Below are positions 1 through 6,181 of a stretch of DNA of 6,430 nt, in pieces. Position 1 is the stretch's first letter, and each line of letters opens with the position of its first letter. The DNA is from a virus: IMG/VR virus record IMGVR_UViG_3300045988_030010; one strand, given 5' to 3'. Under the pieces are notes generated by a model that saw nothing but the letters and a program-made list of their open reading frames with translations, made no database searches and was not told where the DNA came from. The position numbers were made by a program, and so were the translations under genes.

Positions 1-99
1 GATTTTTTTATTATCTTTGTAGTGTAACAAAAAAACAACAAGATTATGAAAAAAAAATTCTATCAGCTAGAAGTAACAATCAAGGGAACAAAAAAAAAC
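1..99. repeat. Terminal redundancy: 1..99 is identical to 6332..6430, so the sequence is circular or tandem. Unit genome length is 6331 nt.
   Basis: Direct comparison of the first 99 nt (gatttttttattatctttgtagtgtaacaaaaaaacaacaagattatgaaaaaaaaattctatcagctagaagtaacaatcaagggaacaaaaaaaaac) with the last 99 nt of the window gives an exact match. The repeat runs through non-coding sequence into the 5' end of a CDS, as expected for a circular genome cut with overlap rather than for att sites. Confidence 0.9.
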
Positions 100-231
100 C
101 ACCACGCCGTATTGATTAACCGATACGAAGACCTCGAAAACGCGAAAAGATTTCTCGAAACGTTAAAAGAAGAAATTAAAAACGATATCGAAAACGTAGT
201 AATCAAATCAATAAACCCAAAAATATTATGA
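46..231 (+). CDS. Small hypothetical protein (61 aa), member 1 of the tandem paralogous small-protein family.
   Basis: ORF MKKKFYQLEVTIKGTKKNHHAVLINRYEDLENAKRFLETL... Its stop overlaps the next start (ATGA at 228..231). It carries the family motif RYEDLENAKRFL. First gene after the promoter. Same strand as all structural genes. Confidence 0.55.
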   Translation: MKKKFYQLEVTIKGTKKNHHAVLINRYEDLENAKRFLETLKEEIKNDIENVVIKSINPKIL

Positions 232-425
232 ATCTTACAAAGTTAGACACAATATACATCGTAGAGATTCGCTACAATGTAAAACAAACAAAGTATAAAA
301 CAATCTCACGATATCGATACTATTCGTTGGAAAAAGCAGAAGAGGGCGCCAGGTTTTTTAAAGCGCAGCTAGGAAACCTAATAGACAGTATAATAATAAC
401 AAAGGAACATTTAGAGATATTATGA
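228..425 (+). CDS. Small hypothetical protein (65 aa), member 2 of the tandem paralogous small-protein family.
   Basis: ORF MNLTKLDTIYIVEIRYNVKQTKYKTISRYRYYSLEKAEEGARFFKAQL... ATGA overlaps at both ends (228..231 and 422..425). Family motif RYRYYSLEKAEEGARFF. Confidence 0.55.
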   Translation: MNLTKLDTIYIVEIRYNVKQTKYKTISRYRYYSLEKAEEGARFFKAQLGNLIDSIIITKEHLEIL

Positions 426-607
426 GTAATCACAGGTGGAATATCGAAATATCATACTATAAGTATCAGTTCGACGGAACAATAAAAAAAATAAGATACT
501 TCACCCACAGCGATAGTAAAAAAGAAGCGTTAAAAGTTCTAAATAAAATCGATGATGAAAGAATAAAATCACTAACTTGGAAACACTATATTTATAAGAT
601 ATATTAA
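422..607 (+). CDS. Small hypothetical protein (61 aa), member 3 of the tandem paralogous small-protein family.
   Basis: ORF MSNHRWNIEISYYKYQFDGTIKKIRYFTHSDSKKEALKVLNKI... ATGA overlap with the upstream ORF. Family motif RYFTHSDSKKEALKVL. Confidence 0.55.
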   Translation: MSNHRWNIEISYYKYQFDGTIKKIRYFTHSDSKKEALKVLNKIDDERIKSLTWKHYIYKIY

Positions 608-624
608 TCTCAAAAAAAAACATT

Positions 625-804
625 ATGAAAGAATGGTTCAAACAACATTGGAAAGACTTACTAATTGCAGTATTAACAGCCATAATAGCAGTACTTAGCG
701 CATGCGGAAGCGCATGGACGTTAGAAGGTAATCAAATAAACGTAAACAATCAAAAAAAATGTCAAAATGATACCATCAAAAACGAAGTACGGAAAGTTCC
801 GTAA
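625..804 (+). CDS. Small putative lipoprotein (59 aa precursor; mature peptide about 34 aa after Cys27). Absent from the supplied ORF track because it is under 60 aa.
   Basis: Translation from ATG 625 is MKEWFKQHWKDLLIAVLTAIIAVLSACGSAWTLEGNQINVNNQKKCQNDTIKNEVRKVP, stop TAA 802..804. It has a basic n-region, a 13-residue hydrophobic h-region and a canonical lipobox L-S-A-C, a classic SPase II signal. The upstream leader is A-rich (A9 at 612..620). It sits between family members 3 and 4. Confidence 0.5.
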   Translation: MKEWFKQHWKDLLIAVLTAIIAVLSACGSAWTLEGNQINVNNQKKCQNDTIKNEVRKVP

Positions 805-835
805 GAGAGAATGGATAAAAAACGCAAAACTGCCT

Positions 836-1024
836 ATGGAAAAATTCAGCGTAGGACAATGGAATTTACTATACGAAGCAGTAGACATCGACAATGGTAC
901 AATACTCACCGGATTTAAAGGTGCAATGAATTGTTGTTTATATTCAGAAGCTATCAACCTCGAAGAAGATATGAGAAAAAAACATATTATTTTATTAACA
1001 ATTAAAGCAATTAAAATTAACTAA
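836..1024 (+). CDS. Small hypothetical protein, member 4 of the paralogous family. Start taken as Met836 (62 aa). The longer track ORF 767..1024 would overlap the lipoprotein ORF.
   Basis: MEKFSVGQWNLLYEAVDIDNGTILTGFKGAMNCCLYSEAINLEEDMRKK... aligns with the others: WNLLYEAV versus WNIEISYY, DGT turn, ILTGF versus FILTLG, LYSEAINL versus FDSQKEAEDFL. Starting at 836 avoids an out-of-frame overlap with 625..804. Choice between 767 and 836 is uncertain. Confidence 0.45.
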   Translation: MEKFSVGQWNLLYEAVDIDNGTILTGFKGAMNCCLYSEAINLEEDMRKKHIILLTIKAIKIN

Positions 1025-1026
1025 TT

Positions 1027-1299
1027 ATGATTCAAACATTAGAAGACTGGCTTGAAAGACAAGATGTCGTACACGTTCGGGCAATCAAACAAGGGGAAGA
1101 AGATAAGTTTATCCTAACACTAGGACAATACAATGTATCACCCATGACATTCGATTCTCAAAAAGAAGCGGAAGATTTTCTAACGGAACATTTTAAATTC
1201 AATAACTTCGAGTTATCCATTATCGGAGCAATGTGCTCACTATTAAGAGACTTAGAAATACAAGATGAATTAAAAAACTCTAAAAAAGAAGAAAAATGA
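1027..1299 (+). CDS. Small hypothetical protein (90 aa), member 5 of the paralogous family. Its stop overlaps the VP1 ORF start (ATGA at 1296..1299).
   Basis: ORF MIQTLEDWLERQDVVHVRAIKQGEEDKFILTLGQYNVSPMTFDSQKEAEDFLTEHF... Family motif MTFDSQKEAEDFL. Longer C-terminal extension than the other members. Confidence 0.55.
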   Translation: MIQTLEDWLERQDVVHVRAIKQGEEDKFILTLGQYNVSPMTFDSQKEAEDFLTEHFKFNNFELSIIGAMCSLLRDLEIQDELKNSKKEEK

Positions 1300-3377
1300 A
1301 AGTAAGTATCGGGAAAAACACCCTCGGAGGTGGTAAAAAAATGATGACACGGTTAAATAATTATAACCGTAGTACACACGACCTTAGCTATGTTTGTCGA
1401 ACATCAGCAGCCGTAGGAACTCTAATTCCTACATTCTATCAATTAGTATTACCAGGAGATACCTTTCCTATACAAACTAGATGTCACACATTGACTCACC
1501 CGACAATCGGACCTTTATTCGGAAGTTTTAAGCAACAAAATGATTTCTTCTTCTGTCCTATGAGGCTATACAATGCCATGCTGCATAATAATGCGTTAAA
1601 TATAGGGTTAAATATAAAACAAGTAAAATTTCCTATATTTCCAATATCTTATAGACTTTACACCGATAAGAGTAAAATGAAAGGAAGTAATGAATCTCTA
1701 TTCAACGAGGTAAATCCAAGCTCACTAGTCGCATATACAGGAGTAAGAGCGCTCAAAACCTTAAAACCGTATGGTACTAACATGAAGGCTTACAACTGCA
1801 TTAAATTAATGATGTATTACGACATTTTTAAAAATTATTATGCAAATAAACAAGAAGAAAATTTTTATGTAATATCTGGAAATACCTACTATACATATAA
1901 ACAAATAGCAACCTCTCTTGTAGCGGGCAATATATCTTTAACAATTGCAAATAGTTCCGATTCCCAAAATAAATGGAATATCGTTACTACGGGTCTGCCA
2001 AACACAAAAGGTAGTACGGGTGATTATCCTAAAGTAAATAAGAATCACCAAGCATGGGTGTTAGCAATTAATCCTTACACACAAGATAAAAAAATTGGAC
2101 AAATCGAGGTAAAAGTAAACTTTAACACAGGGTGGCTAACCGAAACAGGAGGTAACGTAGGAGGTTTAAAAACAATTGCTATCTATGGAACAATAAACAA
2201 CCTTACAGAAAATAAAATTTTAACAAATATTACGGAAAAAGTGGAGACCCCTGTCGAGGGGGTAGAATATTACAAAATAAATACAACTACATTTCTACCA
2301 ACAGAACAAACATTTAGAACATACTTCTACATAAACGAACCAACTATGGCAGCAAGTGTAGAAGCGAGATATAACAGCTATAAGTTAGAGACAATTGACG
2401 ATATGAGAGAAAATATACTCTCAGCGGGAAAGACACAATATGTATCACAAGACCCGTTTATAGTCGATATTTTCAAACCAATACAAACAGAGAACGGTGT
2501 AGCACCAAGTTGCTCGCAACCATTAGTAGGGCTTGCTCTTAAAACATATCAAAGCGATATCAATACAAACTGGGTTAATACCGAATGGATTGACGGAGAA
2601 ACAGGAATTAATGCAATAACAGCTATCGACACATCGGGAGGAAGCTTCACACTCGACACCTTGAATCTTGCGAAAAAAGTATATACCATGCTTAACAGAA
2701 TTGCAGTAAGCGATGGAAGTTATAACGCATGGATTCAAACAGTATATACCAGCGGAGGTTTAAACCATATCGAAACACCTCTATATCTCGGAGGTAGCTC
2801 CCTCGAAATTGAATTTCAAGAAGTTGTAAACAACAGTGGAACGGAAGACCAACCATTAGGTACACTAGCAGGTAGAGGTATTGCAACCAGTCATAAAGGC
2901 GGCAATATCGTATTCAAAGCAGATGAACCCGGATACATATTTTGTATCACTTCTCTCACTCCAAGAGTGGATTATTTTCAAGGTAACGAATGGGATAATT
3001 ATTTATCGACACTAGACGATTTGCACAAACCACAACTTGACGGTATAGGCTTTCAAGACAGATTGTACCGAAGCATAAATGCAAATACATCTTACGAAAT
3101 GTCGAGCATGTCAATCGGTAAACAACCTGCATGGATTGAATACATGACAAATGTTAATAAAACATACGGAAATTTCGCACTTGTAGAAAACGAAGGTTGG
3201 ATGTGCCTCAACCGCATATTCGGAGATATCGATACATATACTACTTATGTATTTCCGCATTTATACAACAACATCTTCGCCGATACAGATATAACTGCGC
3301 AAAATTTTTGGATTCAAATTGCATTTAATACGAAACCACGACGAGTTATGTCAGCAAAAGTTATTCCTAACATTTAA
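1296..3377 (+). CDS. VP1: Microviridae major capsid protein (VP1 / F-protein family), 693 aa from ATG1296. Alternative start ATG1341 gives 678 aa.
   Basis: Longest ORF. The N-terminal region ...RSTHDLSYVCRTSAAVGTLIPTFYQLVLPGDTF matches the conserved Microviridae capsid N-terminus pattern (basic residues, S-x-H/F-D-L-S, hydrophobic stretch, LPGD). The size is typical of the large VP1 of Bacteroidetes-associated Microviridae. GGAGG at 1326..1330 precedes ATG1341, while ATG1296 is coupled to the upstream stop. Confidence 0.9.
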   Translation: MKVSIGKNTLGGGKKMMTRLNNYNRSTHDLSYVCRTSAAVGTLIPTFYQLVLPGDTFPIQTRCHTLTHPTIGPLFGSFKQQNDFFFCPMRLYNAMLHNNALNIGLNIKQVKFPIFPISYRLYTDKSKMKGSNESLFNEVNPSSLVAYTGVRALKTLKPYGTNMKAYNCIKLMMYYDIFKNYYANKQEENFYVISGNTYYTYKQIATSLVAGNISLTIANSSDSQNKWNIVTTGLPNTKGSTGDYPKVNKNHQAWVLAINPYTQDKKIGQIEVKVNFNTGWLTETGGNVGGLKTIAIYGTINNLTENKILTNITEKVETPVEGVEYYKINTTTFLPTEQTFRTYFYINEPTMAASVEARYNSYKLETIDDMRENILSAGKTQYVSQDPFIVDIFKPIQTENGVAPSCSQPLVGLALKTYQSDINTNWVNTEWIDGETGINAITAIDTSGGSFTLDTLNLAKKVYTMLNRIAVSDGSYNAWIQTVYTSGGLNHIETPLYLGGSSLEIEFQEVVNNSGTEDQPLGTLAGRGIATSHKGGNIVFKADEPGYIFCITSLTPRVDYFQGNEWDNYLSTLDDLHKPQLDGIGFQDRLYRSINANTSYEMSSMSIGKQPAWIEYMTNVNKTYGNFALVENEGWMCLNRIFGDIDTYTTYVFPHLYNNIFADTDITAQNFWIQIAFNTKPRRVMSAKVIPNI

Positions 3378-3388
3378 TACTTACGATT

Positions 3389-3724
3389 ATGATTAAACCA
3401 ACTTTTTTTGCAAGACCAATAAAAACAAATTACGAATACCAAGAAGGCGAAAGCATAGAAGACAAAGTTCGTAGAATCACCGAAAACAATGAACCAATTA
3501 CCGATGGTGCACCGATTATCTATACCAATAGAGATGACGGAGTGCTACCAGCATATAATATCCGTACAGATAGGTGGGACGTGGCACAGTCAGCTATGGA
3601 TGCAGTTAATCAAGCAAACCTTGCGAAATCTAAAAACTACGGAAAAATAGAACAACAAGAACAAAATGCCCTCGAATCAAAGGAGATTGGGGATACTCCT
3701 TCGCAACAGGATTCGGTGGGATAA
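3389..3724 (+). CDS. Hypothetical acidic protein (111 aa) between the capsid and pilot-protein genes. Possible internal scaffolding (VP3-like) analogue.
   Basis: ORF MIKPTFFARPIKTNYEYQEGESIEDKVRRITENNEPITDGAPIIYTNRDDGVLPAYNIRTDRWDVAQSAMDAVNQ... It is net acidic (about 20 D/E versus about 12 K/R), on the same strand, immediately after VP1, and followed by a terminator-like hairpin. The function is inferred from position and charge only. Confidence 0.55.
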   Translation: MIKPTFFARPIKTNYEYQEGESIEDKVRRITENNEPITDGAPIIYTNRDDGVLPAYNIRTDRWDVAQSAMDAVNQANLAKSKNYGKIEQQEQNALESKEIGDTPSQQDSVG

Positions 3725-3744
3725 ACCACACATCTAAAAGGCTG

Positions 3745-3780
3745 GGAGACAGGAGTTTAACTCCTTCTCCCTCCATTTTT
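3745..3780 (+). terminator. Intrinsic-terminator-like hairpin GGAGAcAGGAG-tttaa-CTCCTtCTCC followed by CTCCATTTTT.
   Basis: Arms 3745..3755 and 3761..3770 are reverse complements (10 bp with one bulge) with a 5-nt loop. A T5 run at 3776..3780 lies about 5 nt downstream. It sits 21 nt after the stop of the 111-aa ORF and before VP2, like the attenuating terminators between Microviridae genes. Confidence 0.5.
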
Positions 3781-3826
3781 CACAAAATGGTACGCATGTA
3801 GCATATATTATCTAGTATAGGTATAA

Positions 3827-3848
3827 GCCCTTGTAAAATTACAAGGGC
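3827..3848. repeat. Perfect 22-nt palindrome GCCCTTGTAAAATTACAAGGGC (10-bp stem, 2-nt loop) in the VP2 upstream region.
   Basis: Positions 3827..3836 are the exact reverse complement of 3839..3848. It is followed by GAAAAATT, not a U-run, so it is not a canonical terminator. Possible operator, RNA-processing or regulatory hairpin. Confidence 0.5.
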
Positions 3849-3872
3849 GAAAAATTAAACAAATAGAACAAT

Positions 3873-5006
3873 ATGGAATTCAAAAAATCATTCATAAGTG
3901 GATTAGGAAGCTCTGCAGCTAGTACAGGAATAGGATTTATTGGAAATGCATTAAGTCAAGCATTCGGGCTAAGTTGGTCACCCGAAAGAGCTATGAGAGA
4001 GCAAGAAGCTTATAACAAAAGAATTATGGCTTTACAAAACCTATATCAACAACAAGCTGCCGCACAATCTCAGCAATATGCAAAAGATTATTGGGATTAC
4101 ACCAATGCGGAAAATCAAGTAAGACACTTGAAAAATGCAGGATTAAATATCGGCTTAATGTATGGACAAAGCGGAGCCGGTGGTATGGGAGCTAGCGGAG
4201 GGGCTCGACAAGAAAGTCCAGACCAAGCACAGGGAAATCCAATAGGAATGGCCTTACAAGTTCAACAACTCGAACAACAAAGAAGAATGAATGACGCTCA
4301 AATTGCACTAACAGAAGCACAAGCTAATAAAGCAGGAGCAGAAGCTAATAAAATTACTGGTGTAGATACACAAGAAGCCTTAAAGAGAATTGAAGAAGCT
4401 GGTTCTCGAATAGATTTAAATCTAAAAGAAGGTAATTACAAAGACGCTCTAACAGATTTAACAAAAGCTGAAAAAGAGGCTACAGACGCTCTAAAAGCAC
4501 TTAGAGAAATGCAAGAAGGTTTAACAAAAGCTGAAATAAGTCAAGCCTTCGCCATAGCAAGCTATTATAGCGAAAAAGCTAATACAGAGTATTGGACAAA
4601 AGAAAATGAAAAAATTCAAAATGAATATCTAAAAGACACTTACTATGACAGAGTAGACGCAGCATATTATAACAATGCCGTAGCAATAACCTTAGCAGCA
4701 AAATACAAAAGTGATAAGGAAGTCAACGAACAACAGATAAAACATCTTCAAGCAAGTATCAAAGAACTGGAAGCTCTCGCCGATAAACATAATTGGGATA
4801 AAGAAACGTACCGTAAACATGTCGAAGGTATGATTGAACGTTGGGAAGAACAAACCTTTAACGAAAGAATCGGACTAGGCCTGGAATTCGGAGAAAACAT
4901 TGTAGAAATGCTGTACAAAGGACGCAGAAGGAAAAGCAGTGTAAAAACCAAATCAACCAGACAAGGCAAGACGGTAACAACAGAAACCTATACAGAATCT
5001 TATTGA
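3873..5006 (+). CDS. VP2: Microviridae VP2-like minor capsid / DNA pilot protein (377 aa).
   Basis: Position immediately downstream of VP1 and upstream of Rep. Small-residue-rich N-terminus SFISGLGSSAASTGIGFIGNALSQAFG. Gly-rich tract GLMYGQSGAGGMGASGGARQ. Long predicted coiled-coil (EAQANKAGAEANKITG...KAEKEATDALKALREMQEGLTKAEI). Basic C-terminal tail. These are the hallmarks of gokusho/alpa-type VP2 pilot proteins. Confidence 0.7.
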   Translation: MEFKKSFISGLGSSAASTGIGFIGNALSQAFGLSWSPERAMREQEAYNKRIMALQNLYQQQAAAQSQQYAKDYWDYTNAENQVRHLKNAGLNIGLMYGQSGAGGMGASGGARQESPDQAQGNPIGMALQVQQLEQQRRMNDAQIALTEAQANKAGAEANKITGVDTQEALKRIEEAGSRIDLNLKEGNYKDALTDLTKAEKEATDALKALREMQEGLTKAEISQAFAIASYYSEKANTEYWTKENEKIQNEYLKDTYYDRVDAAYYNNAVAITLAAKYKSDKEVNEQQIKHLQASIKELEALADKHNWDKETYRKHVEGMIERWEEQTFNERIGLGLEFGENIVEMLYKGRRRKSSVKTKSTRQGKTVTTETYTESY

Positions 5007-5007
5007 T

Positions 5008-6138
5008 ATGTGTCTATATCCCACTTTTATTAAAAACCCAAAGTATAAACCTAATAAAAAAAATAAAGGGAAACCTCCTGTTTGTAAAGATAGGAGGCTT
5101 CTCTATATACCGGTGAAGTGTGAGTGCTGTATCGAATGCAGAAAACAAAAGCAAAGAGAATGGAGAGTCAGATTAGAAGAAGAGTTACGGTCGAACTTCG
5201 GATATTTCGTAACCTTAACCATTTCTCCAGAAGGTATCGAAGAATTAGAGCAAAAGACTGGATTAAAATGGAAAGAAAATCCAAACGAAATCGCTTCGAA
5301 AGGGCTACGATTATTTTTAGAAAGAGCCCGAAAAGATACAAAAAAGAGCATACGTCACTGGTGTGTCACAGAACTCGGAGAGGATAACGACCGAATTCAT
5401 TTACACGGCATTTTTTTCGGGCAAAAAAGTGCAGAACTGATAAAAAAACATTGGAAATACGGATTTTCATTTATCGGACGATATTGTAGCAGCAAGAGTG
5501 TCAACTATATCACAAAGTACATGCTTAAAGTCGATATTAAACACCCAGAATTTAAACAAATTGTATTAGCCAGTGCAGGAATTGGAGCAGGATACATGGA
5601 TAGACTAGATTATCTATGGCAAAAACAGAATTATAAAAATATCAACATAGCCACCTATACATTCAGAAACGGTACAAAAATGGCCATGCCAAAATACTAT
5701 AAAAACAAAATATTCACGGAAAAAGAGTGTGAAAAAATGTGGATTAATAATCTTAATAGAGGGTTATTGTGGATTTATGGAGAAAAAGTAAAAGCTGACG
5801 ACTGGAAAACTATCGACAATCTCAGAGAATATTGGCAAAGATATGGACGCGAAACAATGGGTGACAATCCTATCGCATGGAATGCTATGAAAGAACGAAG
5901 AAAAGAGGAAAAACAACGAAAAGCTATCGCCGAAGAACGTCGAAAAGCTGAAAAATTCAGCACGGAAAATCTAACAGAGTTACCGTTACAGGTCGATTTT
6001 CCTATGCAAGAGAAAGAGGAAAAATGGAAAGATATTATCAATCAAAATGTTAAAGATAATATGTGGACATTTGAACAAGTGAGAAGGTGCACGACAGCAG
6101 AGCATTACGACGCTTTGAGTGAAATTGAGGTAGCGTGA
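5008..6138 (+). CDS. VP4: Microviridae replication initiation protein (VP4 / gene A-like HUH rolling-circle endonuclease), 376 aa.
   Basis: Rolling-circle motifs: motif I FVTLTI (nt 5206..5223); motif II HLHGIFF (nt 5398..5418; HUH); motif III with two tyrosines, YITKYMLK (nt 5506..5529), matching the Microviridae Rep pattern Y-x-x-K-Y-x-x-K. The N-terminus MCLYP... carries the cluster C26, C38, C40, C41, C44. A K/E/R-rich C-terminal segment follows. The start is 2 nt after the VP2 stop. Confidence 0.9.
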   Translation: MCLYPTFIKNPKYKPNKKNKGKPPVCKDRRLLYIPVKCECCIECRKQKQREWRVRLEEELRSNFGYFVTLTISPEGIEELEQKTGLKWKENPNEIASKGLRLFLERARKDTKKSIRHWCVTELGEDNDRIHLHGIFFGQKSAELIKKHWKYGFSFIGRYCSSKSVNYITKYMLKVDIKHPEFKQIVLASAGIGAGYMDRLDYLWQKQNYKNINIATYTFRNGTKMAMPKYYKNKIFTEKECEKMWINNLNRGLLWIYGEKVKADDWKTIDNLREYWQRYGRETMGDNPIAWNAMKERRKEEKQRKAIAEERRKAEKFSTENLTELPLQVDFPMQEKEEKWKDIINQNVKDNMWTFEQVRRCTTAEHYDALSEIEVA

Positions 6139-6181
6139 AATACTACCAGACAGTAAACAGACAGTATTTTTAAATGTTTAA

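Noticed and set aside
1-99. Possible interpretation of the 99-nt end repeats as prophage att sites or long terminal repeats of a mobile element.
   Set aside because: The repeat extends seamlessly from non-coding DNA into the first 18 codons of an ORF, and no flanking non-viral sequence is present. This is the signature of a circular genome linearised with overlap. The att interpretation cannot be fully excluded without host flanks.
501-957. Minus-strand ORFs 501..683 (60 aa) and 721..957 (78 aa, very hydrophobic), antisense to the small-gene array.
   Set aside because: They are antisense to better-supported + strand ORFs in an AT-rich region. The hydrophobic, Phe/Ile/Leu-rich translation is what the reverse complement of A-rich coding DNA gives. 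Microviridae virion-strand genomes code on one strand only.
2523-3150. Minus-strand ORFs 2523..2738, 2692..2886 and 2956..3150 inside VP1.
   Set aside because: They are fully embedded antisense to the capsid gene. They are Cys-rich and low-complexity, with no start context or coupling. They are most likely chance ORFs.
3781-3872. Searched the VP2 upstream region for a second promoter (TATATT, GTATAA and cTTG elements).
   Set aside because: No pair of elements has convincing spacing for either the Bacteroidetes TTTG/TAnnTTTG or the sigma70 architecture. It is left unannotated.
4748-5351. Minus-strand ORFs 4748..4969 (inside VP2) and 5103..5351 (inside VP4).
   Set aside because: They are antisense to well-supported genes and their Ser/Leu/Phe-rich composition is typical of antisense artefacts. 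Only the + strand basic ORF 5124..5387 was kept as a finding.
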